Of a stretch of 64,000 nucleotides of DNA, positions 63,869 through 64,000 are shown in pieces. This DNA comes from Phoronis australis (lineage: Eukaryota > Animalia > Phoronida): assembly GCA_002633005.1 (NCBI GenBank), contig NMRA01000044.1, forward strand, positions 12,182 to 76,181, in the 5' to 3' direction. The translations under genes were made by a program, and so were the position numbers. Each line of letters starts with the position of its first letter. Within the stretch, counting starts at the first letter, position 1. The notes below the pieces were generated by a model. The model made no database searches. It was not told where the DNA came from and saw only the letters and a list, made by a program, of their open reading frames with translations.

Positions 63869-64000
63869 TTTTCTTCCTCCTTGTGCTGTTTTTATCATGA
63901 ATTTAAGGTTCAGTTTGGTCATCGTGTCGATGCTCCGGCAGTAAAAAACATCGGCGCAGTGCGACCCTACCGATTCAGTACATGTCACCCGTTNATGAGA

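Overview
AT-rich eukaryotic (metazoan, probably marine invertebrate) genomic DNA with three assembly gaps. It is not prokaryotic. One convincing host gene is present: a spliced minus-strand gene (CDS exons 27015-27028, 25640-25927, 23829-24594; 355 aa by my splice model). It encodes a type II membrane protein with a DxD motif, i.e. glycosyltransferase-like and uncharacterised. The rest is a dense, nested set of decayed transposons. Retroelements: a Ty3/Gypsy remnant, two copies of a Tx1/L1-type LINE, another LINE RT fragment, a LINE ORF2 start preceded by a 2A-like DIEVNPGP motif, an intact LINE ORF1, and tRNA-derived SINE heads. DNA transposons: three Academ-type remnants, a Sola3-type remnant, ISL2EU-type elements with AT TSDs, Kolobok-like THAP/DDE remnants, and MITEs with 5-bp TSDs. 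There are also several palindromic/foldback repeats. Family assignments come from recalled motifs and termini, not database searches. I found no clearly novel multi-gene system. The best leads are the GT-like gene, the 2A motif next to the intact ORF1, the CTTAAG palindrome array and the pervasive TACATGTA footprint-like motif.
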